This document shows positions 1 through 9,123 of a stretch of 64,000 bases of DNA, piece after piece. The stretch comes from an uncultured Spirochaetota bacterium. Lineage in GTDB: Bacteria > Spirochaetota > Brevinematia > Brevinematales > JAOACQ01. The notes beneath the pieces were generated by a model. That model was not told the DNA's origin. It was given only the letters and a program-made list of their open reading frames with translations, and did not search any database. The stretch's first letter is position 1. Every line of letters starts with the position of its first letter. The stretch covers positions 64,001 through 128,000 of the forward strand of contig CAVYGN010000002.1 in NCBI GenBank assembly GCA_963768055.1, read 5' to 3'. A program made the translations under genes and the position numbers.

Positions 1-670
1 TTCTGTTGCCTTCATAGCTCTCTGAAAATTTTCTCAGCATGGAGTATTTTTCAAGGAGTACACGATGCCTTGGAATTGCATTGGCGGGAACCATGACATA
101 TTTGGATATATCCTTAGCATAACTTAGCGAGGGCTTTTTTCTCATGGCCCGGGAAAGCCCGACCAATCCCTTCGTATGAGACACCCTGGTTACGGGCCTC
201 AGTATCGCGAGAGTGTCGAATTTTCCGGATACCTCGAAAGCCGTTTTAAGCATATCTTTGGCTTCCTGGCTGTCGGAAGGATCGAAAAGGGGAATTTTCG
301 CAAATTTCGCATAATTCCTCGTATCCTGCTCGTTTTGCGAAGAATGCATACCGGGATCATCGGCGACAACAGCTACCAGACCTGCGTTTACGCCTGTATA
401 AGCCGCTGTCATCATCGGATCAGCCGCAACATTCAGTCCGACATGCTTCATCGTTACAAGGCTCTTCAAACCGGCGATCGAGGATCCAAGGGTAATTTCC
501 ATTGCAACTTTTTCATTTGTACTCCATTCGGCGTCAATTTCCGGATATTTTTCCATAATGGTTTCTATTATCTCGGAACTCGGAGTACCCGGATATCCGG
601 CCGCCACCCAAACCCCGGCCTCGTAAGCCCCCCTTGCTATTGCCTCGTTTCCTGATAATAATTCCTTCAT
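1..670 (-). CDS. iorA: indolepyruvate ferredoxin oxidoreductase alpha subunit (5' part, runs off the window edge)
   Basis: Not in the ORF track. Manual translation from the ATG at 670 gives MKELLSGNEAIARGAYEAGVWVAAGYPGTPSSEI...MKHVGLNVAADP...ADDPGMHSSQNEQDTR, the typical IorA N-terminal motifs. Confidence 0.92.
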   Translation of the reverse strand, partial: MKELLSGNEAIARGAYEAGVWVAAGYPGTPSSEIIETIMEKYPEIDAEWSTNEKVAMEITLGSSIAGLKSLVTMKHVGLNVAADPMMTAAYTGVNAGLVAVVADDPGMHSSQNEQDTRNYAKFAKIPLFDPSDSQEAKDMLKTAFEVSGKFDTLAILRPVTRVSHTKGLVGLSRAMRKKPSLSYAKDISKYVMVPANAIPRHRVLLEKYSMLRKFSESYEGNR

Positions 671-827
671 TTTCCGTGCCTTATTGCTGATTGGATGATT
701 AATAATTGTCAGATATTATAATTGTTTATAATCAAAATATCAAACTTACTTAGTTGACAAGAAACCTCATTAGTAATTAGTATATTATTGATAAAAATAA
801 AAATAGCGGCTTTACCGGCGGAAAAAA

Positions 828-1931
828 GTGATTAAAGTATTACCTTTATTGATCATTCCCGTTTTAACTTTTTTAATGTCCTGCTCGCTGCAATCCAGCG
901 ACTCAAGCGAAGGTATAATCTGGCAAAAGGACCTTAAGTCCCCACCGTCTGCCGGAATTGAGATCCATGCCGATAACCTGTATTTTGCCGATGAATCGGG
1001 AACCATTTATTCCTGCTGGATCGATACCGGCTTTATAAACTGGAAAAGACGGATGATTGATGAAAAGATCAAAATGATCTTTATAACCGATTCTGGTCTT
1101 GGCGTAATTTCACAGAAAATCGGGGGAGGGCCGCGGCCTTCCATCTTCCGCATATTTACCTTTGAAAAGGGTATTGCCGTATTTGAAACCAATTTACAGG
1201 CTAACATAAGGGATTCTTATGATTCGGACAATGCTGATGTAATCGCACATTCGCCGTCCTGTGCGGTCCTGATAAGCAGAACAGGAAAGAATATAAAGAT
1301 CTGTGATCTTTCAAGTTACACAAAAGACATTGTAGCTTTCGCCAGTTGGGGGGGAAGTTACTATGCCATTGACGGAGATTCCAGGATTCTAAGATTTAAT
1401 CCCTCGATGCGCCAGACAGGATCTTACGTTTTTAAAGGAATTTTTAGCGGCGATGCGGTATATGATAACGGAAGGATTTATATTTCAACCGATTCAGGGG
1501 TTAAAATTTTAAACACTGTCACATGGTCCCCTGAAAGCGCTGAAAACGATATTACCGGTTTGTCAAAGCCGGTGCTTTTTGACGGGATGTCCGCAGGTCT
1601 TGTAAAAAAAACAGCCGGTCCCTCACAGAGGTATTTTCTTTTTTCCAACCAGTCTTTCAAAACACCCCCCGGCAGTAATTCTTATTCCCCGATAATATAC
1701 TCGGATACACTCGGGGTAGCCGCTTTTATCGACCAGAAAGGTTACCTGAATATTGTCGACAGCAGGACGGGTTACTTTGTCTATTCGAAATTTATAGGAA
1801 ATATAAACAGGCCTTTTCTCAAGGTTTCCAAAGATTACCGTTCAAAATCCGTTTTCGTACCCTTGTCCAGCCCGGCGAAGATTTTCTGTTATTCCCTTAA
1901 ATTTGCATCGTCCCAGAAAATGCCCCGCTGA
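828..1931 (+). CDS. lipoprotein with PQQ-like/BamB-type beta-propeller repeats
   Basis: Lipobox-like FLMSC, then W-x-K-x-L repeats (IIWQKDL, LYFADESGTIYS, TGFINWK). Confidence 0.6.
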   Translation: MIKVLPLLIIPVLTFLMSCSLQSSDSSEGIIWQKDLKSPPSAGIEIHADNLYFADESGTIYSCWIDTGFINWKRRMIDEKIKMIFITDSGLGVISQKIGGGPRPSIFRIFTFEKGIAVFETNLQANIRDSYDSDNADVIAHSPSCAVLISRTGKNIKICDLSSYTKDIVAFASWGGSYYAIDGDSRILRFNPSMRQTGSYVFKGIFSGDAVYDNGRIYISTDSGVKILNTVTWSPESAENDITGLSKPVLFDGMSAGLVKKTAGPSQRYFLFSNQSFKTPPGSNSYSPIIYSDTLGVAAFIDQKGYLNIVDSRTGYFVYSKFIGNINRPFLKVSKDYRSKSVFVPLSSPAKIFCYSLKFASSQKMPR

Positions 1932-4900
1932 ATAATTCTATTTTATTCCTGCCCGTATTCTTCGCCATATACAAAGCCTTGTCAGCCAATTCGATCAAGT
2001 GATCCGTAATGATCTTTTTTAACCCGTTAACCCGGTCCCAATCGGTATTCTTTTTATCGTCTATTTCAAAAACATCTCTGAGATTGTCTATGCCCAGCTT
2101 ATCCAGTATAGACTTCTCATTGTCGATAAGCGATGATACTCCGAAACTTGCCGTAATACTTGATTTTATTTCTTTAGTCTTCAGTTTCAATCCCAGGATC
2201 GAATGCCTTATCTTTTCAGCGACGAGTCCGGCTTCTCTTATAGACGTTTCAGGAAGCACTATCAAAAATTCATCACCGCCGAAACGCCCGGCCCTGTCAT
2301 AATTCCTTATTGTGTTTTTTATTGATTTCCCGACGTTTACAACAATGTCATCGCCGGCGAGATGGCCATACATGTCGTTGAACGACTTGAAATTATCAAT
2401 ATCCATCATTATAATCGAAAGGGGGCGGTAAGCCCTCATCATAATATGATCGTTTAAAAACCCCGTAATCGAAAGTTTATTCGCAAGGCCGGATAATTCA
2501 TCGATAGACGACTTCATGAGAAGCTGTTTAAATTCCATTTGTTTCATCAAAAAATACTCTACGTTAACCATAAGTTCCTTTTCTTCTATTGGTTTATGGA
2601 GATAAACAATGGCACCCTTTTCCTTCCCCTTCATAATAAGGTTTTTATCCACTACCGCGGAAAGGAAGATGATGGGTGTGTGCTTGAATTCAGGGTTATT
2701 GATCAAACGTTCCTGCATTTCGTCTCCCCGCATCTTAGGCATGTTATAATCGCAGATGATAAGATCGGGCTTGTACCGGTAAATAGCCTCCAGGCCGTCA
2801 GTCCCGTCATACGCCTGGATAAAATTACAGTAGCCCCAATTAGATAGATACGATTTAAGGATGTCATGTATCTGAACATTATCATCGACGATGAGGATGT
2901 TGGCCTTAAAAGGGTCAAATTCATTTTCAAGGTTAGGGTCTTTTATCGACGCATGAAAAGTATTAAGCCCGGTTTTGTCTTCTATGCTTCCCTGGACAGC
3001 CTGCCTGTAATAATCTTTGCTGTCGCCGAATAAAAGATCCGGTTCGCTGTCGAAAACTACCTTTTCATCCGAATAATCGAAAATATCCCTGCCTTTTTTC
3101 AGTTCAATGATAAATTTGGAACCCTTCCCTATTCCTTCCGATTCGGCCCTTAAAGTGCCTTTTAAAAGCGAAACAAGCTGGCGGGCAAAAGAGAGGCCAA
3201 TGCCTGTCCCCTTGTTTTTACCCCGCCCGCTGCTTTTGATCTGCTCAAACCTTCCGAAAATAAATTCAAGTTTGTCAGGGGGTATCCCTATGCCGTTATC
3301 CTCTATTATCAGGCATACCGATTGAGGGCTGTCATGCAAAATAATTTTAATTAAGCCCATACCGGGCTCTACAAATTTTATGGCATTCGAGATAATATTA
3401 TGCAATATCTCGTCCAGTTTCTCTATGTCGGAAAAAAATTCTTCAACTTCATTTTCCGGGAGATCCTTAATAATTCGTATCCCGGAAGAAGAAGCCGCCG
3501 ACCTGTAGAAATCAATAATGCCGTTCAGATATGAACACAGCGGGATTTTCCTGACATGCACTTTCATACCGCTTGCGTCTATCCTTGCAATATCAAGAAG
3601 CTGGTCGATGGAATGTTTGAGAGTTATAGAAGCGTTATAAATAGTTTTAAAACGTTCAGAAGTCACTTCCGCATTAAGGTCCCCGGGATATTTTTGCGAA
3701 AGGTCCGCAAGATTTAAAACAACCGTGAGGGGGTTCCTGAAATCATGTGTCACATTTGTAATAAAATCATTTTTCAGATTATCCAGTTGTGATAATTTTC
3801 TATTGGATTGTTCGAGTTCCTCCGTCTTTCTTCGAATTATTTTCAAATTTTCCGCTATTTCATCCCTGGCCGTTCTCAAATTATCAAGAGTTATTGAACC
3901 GTAAAGGGCGCTGGACAATTGGATTGAAAAACTGTAATAAATTCTTTCGTCCGACTGGTTCGGTTCAAAAAATATAAACCCGAGAAGTTTGCTCCTAATA
4001 TGGAGGATATGAAAATAATAGACATGCCTGGATTGATCCGGAAATAATACCCTGTTGAATTTTTTCGGCAATTTGTCAAGAAGGTAAGATTTACCGTTCC
4101 TTAAGCTGTAAGTCATTCCCTTTTTTTTAAGATTTATATCATTGATCGAATGCAGATTGAAAAAGAGGAGATAATTCATAACCCCGGTCTTCAGCATATT
4201 CTCGTAGAGGACACGGTTGATTTTCCTAATATCATAGGTCGTGACGATATTCTGGCTTGTATCCTGGATCAAGTCGGAAGAACCGCGTTTTAATGCTTCG
4301 TTATAAACCAGGGCGAACTCGGTTTTCTGCTGGAGGAGCAGGAGCACTTTTAATACCATTTTTTCAGCTTTTGAAACCTGTTTCGGGTCGGTGAAATTCG
4401 CAGAGACAAAAGAATAGAACCAGAAGATCTCCTTTTGTATGTCATGAATCACATTGATGGCGCGTACGTGAATGTAAAAGTCATTGTTTTCAAGAGTTTT
4501 ATTTATATAATCGCCAAGGCATTCAAGATAGATTCCATCCTCCAGATTCAAAATCTCGAGCAGTTCTTCACCGTTAAGGACCTGCGGACCTTCGTGTTTT
4601 ATTTTTCGATACCTGTCCAGTAGCCTGTCGGAATCGGCAGATACGCCTATAAGTTTCGCACCGGCCTGTAAAACATTCAATTCGTCAAGGGTTTTACATC
4701 CGCATGAATTACGGAAGTATATCTTCGCAGGAACGACAGTCGCCATACCTGTATCGACGCCATCAATAATATCGGTGATTTTTTTACAACCGGCATAGCC
4801 GATCTCGAAAAACGGGAAATATACAGCGGTTATGGGAGACTTGGCGTATTTCGCCCTGTCGTCATCCTCCCAGCTCACGATGGCTACATCGCCCGGTACC

Positions 4901-5568
4901 TTGTAACCTCTGGCTATCAGATTATCCATTATATATGCGGCCTCATGGGTATACATAGAAATTAATGCGTCTACCGGGGCCTTTCTTTCATCGAAGAGCA
5001 AATTTACGATCTTTTTAGCCCTATTAAATGTATAGTAGTCTTTTTCCACATAACAATCCTCGCTTTTGACAACAAGTTCGGGCTTAAAAATCCCCCTCTC
5101 CTTCATGAAATTTTCATAGCAGATATATCTTTCGTCCGATGTAATAGGCTGGATGAAAACTATATTTCTGTAGTTATGGTAGTCATAAAGATGCGCGAGA
5201 AGTTCCGTCAGATGTTTGTCGGCGTTTATAATTACAGACGGGACGTTTTCGATTCTTCTTCCCAGGCTTACAACAGGCATTTTTTTTATTGACTGTATCC
5301 GTTTTAAAAAAGAACGCTCATTTTTAACCACACGCAGGGTCCAGCCGAGGAACATCAGACCGTCGAGCTCGACTCTCTCGAGGATGCTATAGATATATTC
5401 CATCTGGTGTTTATATGTCCTGTCCCGCTGTTCATGTTCCATAGTGAAAAATAAAAGGTTAATATCCTTTTCCCTGGCCGCTTTAATAACCCCTTCCAGC
5501 ATCTGAATCTGAAAGTTTTCAAAACTCGCTTCGGCAAGATAACCGAGCGTTAATCTGTCATTTTTCAT
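1897..5568 (-). CDS. hybrid sensor: LacI-type substrate-binding domain + HisKA/HATPase + REC + GGDEF
   Basis: LacI-like sugar-binding fold at the N-terminus (KVPGDVAIVSWED, PITAV); H-box THDFRNPL; NAIKF, DNGIGI and GTGIGL boxes; REC ILIVDD/CDYNMP/KP; RNYD...RFGGDEF. Confidence 0.9.
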   Translation of the reverse strand: MKNDRLTLGYLAEASFENFQIQMLEGVIKAAREKDINLLFFTMEHEQRDRTYKHQMEYIYSILERVELDGLMFLGWTLRVVKNERSFLKRIQSIKKMPVVSLGRRIENVPSVIINADKHLTELLAHLYDYHNYRNIVFIQPITSDERYICYENFMKERGIFKPELVVKSEDCYVEKDYYTFNRAKKIVNLLFDERKAPVDALISMYTHEAAYIMDNLIARGYKVPGDVAIVSWEDDDRAKYAKSPITAVYFPFFEIGYAGCKKITDIIDGVDTGMATVVPAKIYFRNSCGCKTLDELNVLQAGAKLIGVSADSDRLLDRYRKIKHEGPQVLNGEELLEILNLEDGIYLECLGDYINKTLENNDFYIHVRAINVIHDIQKEIFWFYSFVSANFTDPKQVSKAEKMVLKVLLLLQQKTEFALVYNEALKRGSSDLIQDTSQNIVTTYDIRKINRVLYENMLKTGVMNYLLFFNLHSINDINLKKKGMTYSLRNGKSYLLDKLPKKFNRVLFPDQSRHVYYFHILHIRSKLLGFIFFEPNQSDERIYYSFSIQLSSALYGSITLDNLRTARDEIAENLKIIRRKTEELEQSNRKLSQLDNLKNDFITNVTHDFRNPLTVVLNLADLSQKYPGDLNAEVTSERFKTIYNASITLKHSIDQLLDIARIDASGMKVHVRKIPLCSYLNGIIDFYRSAASSSGIRIIKDLPENEVEEFFSDIEKLDEILHNIISNAIKFVEPGMGLIKIILHDSPQSVCLIIEDNGIGIPPDKLEFIFGRFEQIKSSGRGKNKGTGIGLSFARQLVSLLKGTLRAESEGIGKGSKFIIELKKGRDIFDYSDEKVVFDSEPDLLFGDSKDYYRQAVQGSIEDKTGLNTFHASIKDPNLENEFDPFKANILIVDDNVQIHDILKSYLSNWGYCNFIQAYDGTDGLEAIYRYKPDLIICDYNMPKMRGDEMQERLINNPEFKHTPIIFLSAVVDKNLIMKGKEKGAIVYLHKPIEEKELMVNVEYFLMKQMEFKQLLMKSSIDELSGLANKLSITGFLNDHIMMRAYRPLSIIMMDIDNFKSFNDMYGHLAGDDIVVNVGKSIKNTIRNYDRAGRFGGDEFLIVLPETSIREAGLVAEKIRHSILGLKLKTKEIKSSITASFGVSSLIDNEKSILDKLGIDNLRDVFEIDDKKNTDWDRVNGLKKIITDHLIELADKALYMAKNTGRNKIELFSGAFSGTMQI

Positions 5569-5758
5569 TTTCCGGACACCCCGATCTGTAAAAAAGATAC
5601 TTAATTATATTTTGATCATATTATAATAAACACTACTGCGCATTGCAAATAAAGCGGAATGGCAGTTATGTTAAAAAATATTTTGATTTTCCCTTGACTT
5701 ATCATCATATAATCACTATATTCGGATATATCAATATTACGATGTATAGGAGGGAAAA

Positions 5759-6238
5759 ATGATTTTAACGAATTTAATTATAAGTTCGATTTTTGCTTTT
5801 GAACTCGAGGGGTCCTCTTCCCGGCTTTTGCAGAATGATGTTTTTTTAGAACAACGGACGGCTCCCGGAAAAATGCTTTTTTTTAGCGATGAGGATATCT
5901 CGAAAACCCTCGATTATGTTCAAGCCTTCAATCTAGTTTACCAGGATATTTATGTATATACCAAACCGGCTCTATATAAAGAATACTCGGTCGACGGTCA
6001 GAACTATACCGCAGGCGAACTCAATCCCGTAGCAAATATGTTCTTTAAAAACAACCTCTGGGATCTAGCTTTCGTTTCAGCCGGCATTTTCAATTATTTC
6101 ATGTTCAACAGCGAATACATCTCCACCGCTTATTCAATAGCTCTCGATATCCTTGAAATATGGGCGATTTCCACCTGGCAGTCTACAACTACCCGCCAGA
6201 TAAGTGTCAACGCAATTATTTACGAAAAGACGTTTTAG
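5759..6238 (+). CDS. hypothetical membrane or exported protein
   Basis: 159-aa ORF with a strong AGGAGG RBS, hydrophobic segments and an ELNP motif. Confidence 0.55.
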   Translation: MILTNLIISSIFAFELEGSSSRLLQNDVFLEQRTAPGKMLFFSDEDISKTLDYVQAFNLVYQDIYVYTKPALYKEYSVDGQNYTAGELNPVANMFFKNNLWDLAFVSAGIFNYFMFNSEYISTAYSIALDILEIWAISTWQSTTTRQISVNAIIYEKTF

Positions 6239-6373
6239 TCTCAATCGAGAGTCGGTCGATAGAGAATAGACAATTGACCGGTAACTGTCGACCACCGGAT
6301 GTTTTGCTACAATTTTTTGATTAAAAATTTTTTATGTTCCATAATATGTTACAGATTTAAGATATAGCGGAGG

Positions 6374-6877
6374 TTGAATACGGTACCCGATCAAATACCT
6401 GATTTTGAATTAGCTCCCTCGGATGTCCTTGAGTTTTCGGTCCAGTTCGAGGAAAGAAGCAAAACTTTTTACGATAATTTGTCAAAATTGATGAAAGACC
6501 AGGAAATAAAGGAGTTATTTTACTTATTGTCCGGCGAGGAGGCGAAGCATATAGACATCTTCAAGAAAATGCTTTCCGATCCGGAAAATAAAGCCAATTT
6601 GATAAAATCTCTTCCCGACCACATAGAATATCTCCATAATTTTCTAAATATGACCATATTTTCAAAAGACACCCTTTCATTAAAACTGCAGAGGGTGAGG
6701 GATATCGAAACATGCTTCGAATTCTCAATGGGCATGGAACTTGACCAGATACTTTTTTATAATGAGATAAGGAATTTCCTTTCAGACAAGCATAAAGGCA
6801 TTATTGACTCGGTGATCGAGGAAGAGAGAAAACATTTCGTAAAGATAATGCAGATCAAGCAGCAAAAGGGATACTGA
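6374..6877 (+). CDS. ferritin-like/rubrerythrin-family di-iron protein
   Basis: EExxH motifs (EEAKH, EEERKH) with upstream E...FY helices. The start codon is uncertain (see findings). Confidence 0.8.
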   Translation: MNTVPDQIPDFELAPSDVLEFSVQFEERSKTFYDNLSKLMKDQEIKELFYLLSGEEAKHIDIFKKMLSDPENKANLIKSLPDHIEYLHNFLNMTIFSKDTLSLKLQRVRDIETCFEFSMGMELDQILFYNEIRNFLSDKHKGIIDSVIEEERKHFVKIMQIKQQKGY

Positions 6878-6881
6878 ATAT

Positions 6882-7823
6882 TCAACCGTCAAGCAATTTT
6901 AGAGACAGTTCAAGGGCTTTCTCCATACTTTTCCCATCAGCAACGCCTTTTCCGGCAATATCGAACGCTGTGCCATGGTCCGGCGAGGTCCTTATCAAAG
7001 GGAGGCCGAGAGTCACGTTGACGCCGTCGTCAAAATGCAGAAGCTTGAACGGGGCAAGGCCCTGGTCATGATACATCGCTGCGACGCAATCGAATTCTTT
7101 TCTGAAGGCCCTGTAAAAAGCGGTGTCCGCGGGAATCGGACCCTCTACACAAAGACCCGCGTCGCGATATTCATTGACAACCGGACTGATAACTTCCATG
7201 TCCTCAGAACCCAGAAGACCGTTTTCCCCGGCATGCGGGTTGAGGCCGCAAACGGCGATCCTGTAAGATTTCCCCTCGTATTTCTTCCCGAATAAAAGAG
7301 CGTTATCCAGTGCAGTCCTCACCGAATCGCCGGTAATTTGTCCGGGAACATTCTTCAGGCTTATATGAATTGTAGCCAGGATTACTTTAAGATCATCAGA
7401 AAAAAACATCATGCTGACCCGCTTGACCCCGAATTCCCGCGCCAGAAAAGTAGTATGATCCGTGAATTCCGGGTGGCCCGATCTTACAATAAGGTCCTTC
7501 GATATCGGTGCAGTTACAATAGCCCCTGCATCGCCATCTTTTACCATCATGACTGCCCTTTTTAAAAAAAGCCAGGACATAGCGCCTGACTGGACATCCT
7601 TAATCCCGGGACTGAAAAGAAAAGAAAGGCCTTCGGGAGGGTCTATCCGGACAAAAGGGATATCCTTTAAGCCCTTAAAATAGCGTGTATATGAAAAATT
7701 GTCGCCTACCAGTATAAAACGCCGTCGTTTATCCGGTGGAAAATTTTGTAACGATTTTGCACATATTTCAGGCCCGATGCCGTTCGGGTTACCGAACGTT
7801 ACAGCGATCTTGTCATTTTTCAT
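6882..7823 (-). CDS. pdxA: 4-hydroxythreonine-4-phosphate dehydrogenase
   Basis: GNPNGIGPE, TAPISK, GLNPHAGE, AMYHDQG and RTSPDHGTAFDIAG motifs. Confidence 0.95.
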   Translation of the reverse strand: MKNDKIAVTFGNPNGIGPEICAKSLQNFPPDKRRRFILVGDNFSYTRYFKGLKDIPFVRIDPPEGLSFLFSPGIKDVQSGAMSWLFLKRAVMMVKDGDAGAIVTAPISKDLIVRSGHPEFTDHTTFLAREFGVKRVSMMFFSDDLKVILATIHISLKNVPGQITGDSVRTALDNALLFGKKYEGKSYRIAVCGLNPHAGENGLLGSEDMEVISPVVNEYRDAGLCVEGPIPADTAFYRAFRKEFDCVAAMYHDQGLAPFKLLHFDDGVNVTLGLPLIRTSPDHGTAFDIAGKGVADGKSMEKALELSLKLLDG

Positions 7824-8196
7824 TATATATTTTAACTATTGTTTCCTTGGCCGGAGAGTTGAGATTGTTGGATATCAGGCATCTTCCTTCGAGTACAACC
7901 CCATTCTGAATGATAAGTTCCGGTGTTTTGATGTCGCCGAGGACACGCGCTGTCGGCATAAGCATTACACGCGTGTTCGCCTTTATGTTGCCGATCACGA
8001 CCCCTTCGATAACGATGGAAGACGCTTCCAGGTCAGCTTTCACTCTTCCTACTGGGCCTATAAAAATTTGATCGACTTTGAGTACCGAACCTTCGAATTT
8101 TCCATTGATCTGGATAGTTCCATTGATTAAAAATTTTCCTTCAAAATACGACTTTTCACCAATTATGCTGTTTGTAAATTCACTTTTTAGCGCCAC
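7813..8196 (-). CDS. bactofilin (polymer-forming cytoskeletal protein, CcmA family)
   Basis: SIIGEKSYFEG...INGKFEG...IEGVVIGNI...LGDIKTPELIIQNGVVLEGRC beta-helix pattern. Confidence 0.9.
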   Translation of the reverse strand: MALKSEFTNSIIGEKSYFEGKFLINGTIQINGKFEGSVLKVDQIFIGPVGRVKADLEASSIVIEGVVIGNIKANTRVMLMPTARVLGDIKTPELIIQNGVVLEGRCLISNNLNSPAKETIVKIYNEK

Positions 8197-8228
8197 TTCA
8201 AATCTCCTGTCTGGAATAATGGGGAAGA

Positions 8229-9044
8229 TTATTCTTCGATTTTACGAAGGTCCGGAAATTTAATATAACTGATGAATTCATGGGTAAATTCCAGGAGGTC
8301 GACAAGAGCGTCCTTCGCTTTCAGGCCCTCTATCATTGAATTTACCCCTTTTATTTCCACAATTTTTTCCGGCTCCATGAAAACCTTTTCCCCTTCCTTT
8401 TCACAGCGAAAAATATCCTCGATAAAATCCTGGATTGCAAAGAGAAAAATGCCAGTTTTCATTATTATATCCCTATATCCCTTATTTTGCACCTTTATCA
8501 GCCTTTCTTTATATTCATTGTTCTTAACGGATTCAGCGGCTACTATCTGTTCAAGAACATTCCCGTAATCTTGAAGGATCCGGATGATCTGATTGTAATG
8601 GTTAAAAAAGCTGTCTCTCTGGTAGGCATGCCCGTAATCGAGTTTCAGGTTCTGCTCGCTTAAAAGTCCCATATACTCGGTTCCGAAATAATTCAAAAAA
8701 GCCCAGATAGTGTTAATATCCTGGCTTTTAGAATAGTCGTTCAATTTTACAATGGGAATGTTTCTCAAAATTTTGTATTTTGTCATATCCTGGATCTGAG
8801 AGTTTTCCAAATAATCCCTCAATTCATCAAAAGTAATATGATATTTCGCCATTTCATCCTCGGCGAATTTACCGGTCTGCAGTTTCTTGATATCTTTTTC
8901 GATTTCATTTACTGATTTTAAAACGTTTTCCTTTTTTTTCCGGTCTGCAGAACTTGAATATATCACCTCGAATTTTCTCTGTGTCTGGACCAGCCTGTCG
9001 GCAATATAATCTCTGGCCTTTACAATCAGGGCAGCGTTTGTCAT
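8229..9044 (-). CDS. hypothetical protein
   Basis: Long ORF in the rpoN-fapA-bactofilin run. The ATG at 9044 follows a GGAGG-rich RBS (the ORF track starts at 9074). Confidence 0.7.
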   Translation of the reverse strand: MTNAALIVKARDYIADRLVQTQRKFEVIYSSSADRKKKENVLKSVNEIEKDIKKLQTGKFAEDEMAKYHITFDELRDYLENSQIQDMTKYKILRNIPIVKLNDYSKSQDINTIWAFLNYFGTEYMGLLSEQNLKLDYGHAYQRDSFFNHYNQIIRILQDYGNVLEQIVAAESVKNNEYKERLIKVQNKGYRDIIMKTGIFLFAIQDFIEDIFRCEKEGEKVFMEPEKIVEIKGVNSMIEGLKAKDALVDLLEFTHEFISYIKFPDLRKIEE

Positions 9045-9123
9045 CCCTCCCCCTCCCCCGGCCAAATTTAGCATTACCCGTTATTTTAAACCTAAACGGA
9101 TAAAATATCCATGTTTTTCCGAT

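Noticed and set aside
176..655. 159-aa plus-strand ORF in the track
   Set aside because: Antisense shadow of iorA, which has clear family motifs on the minus strand.
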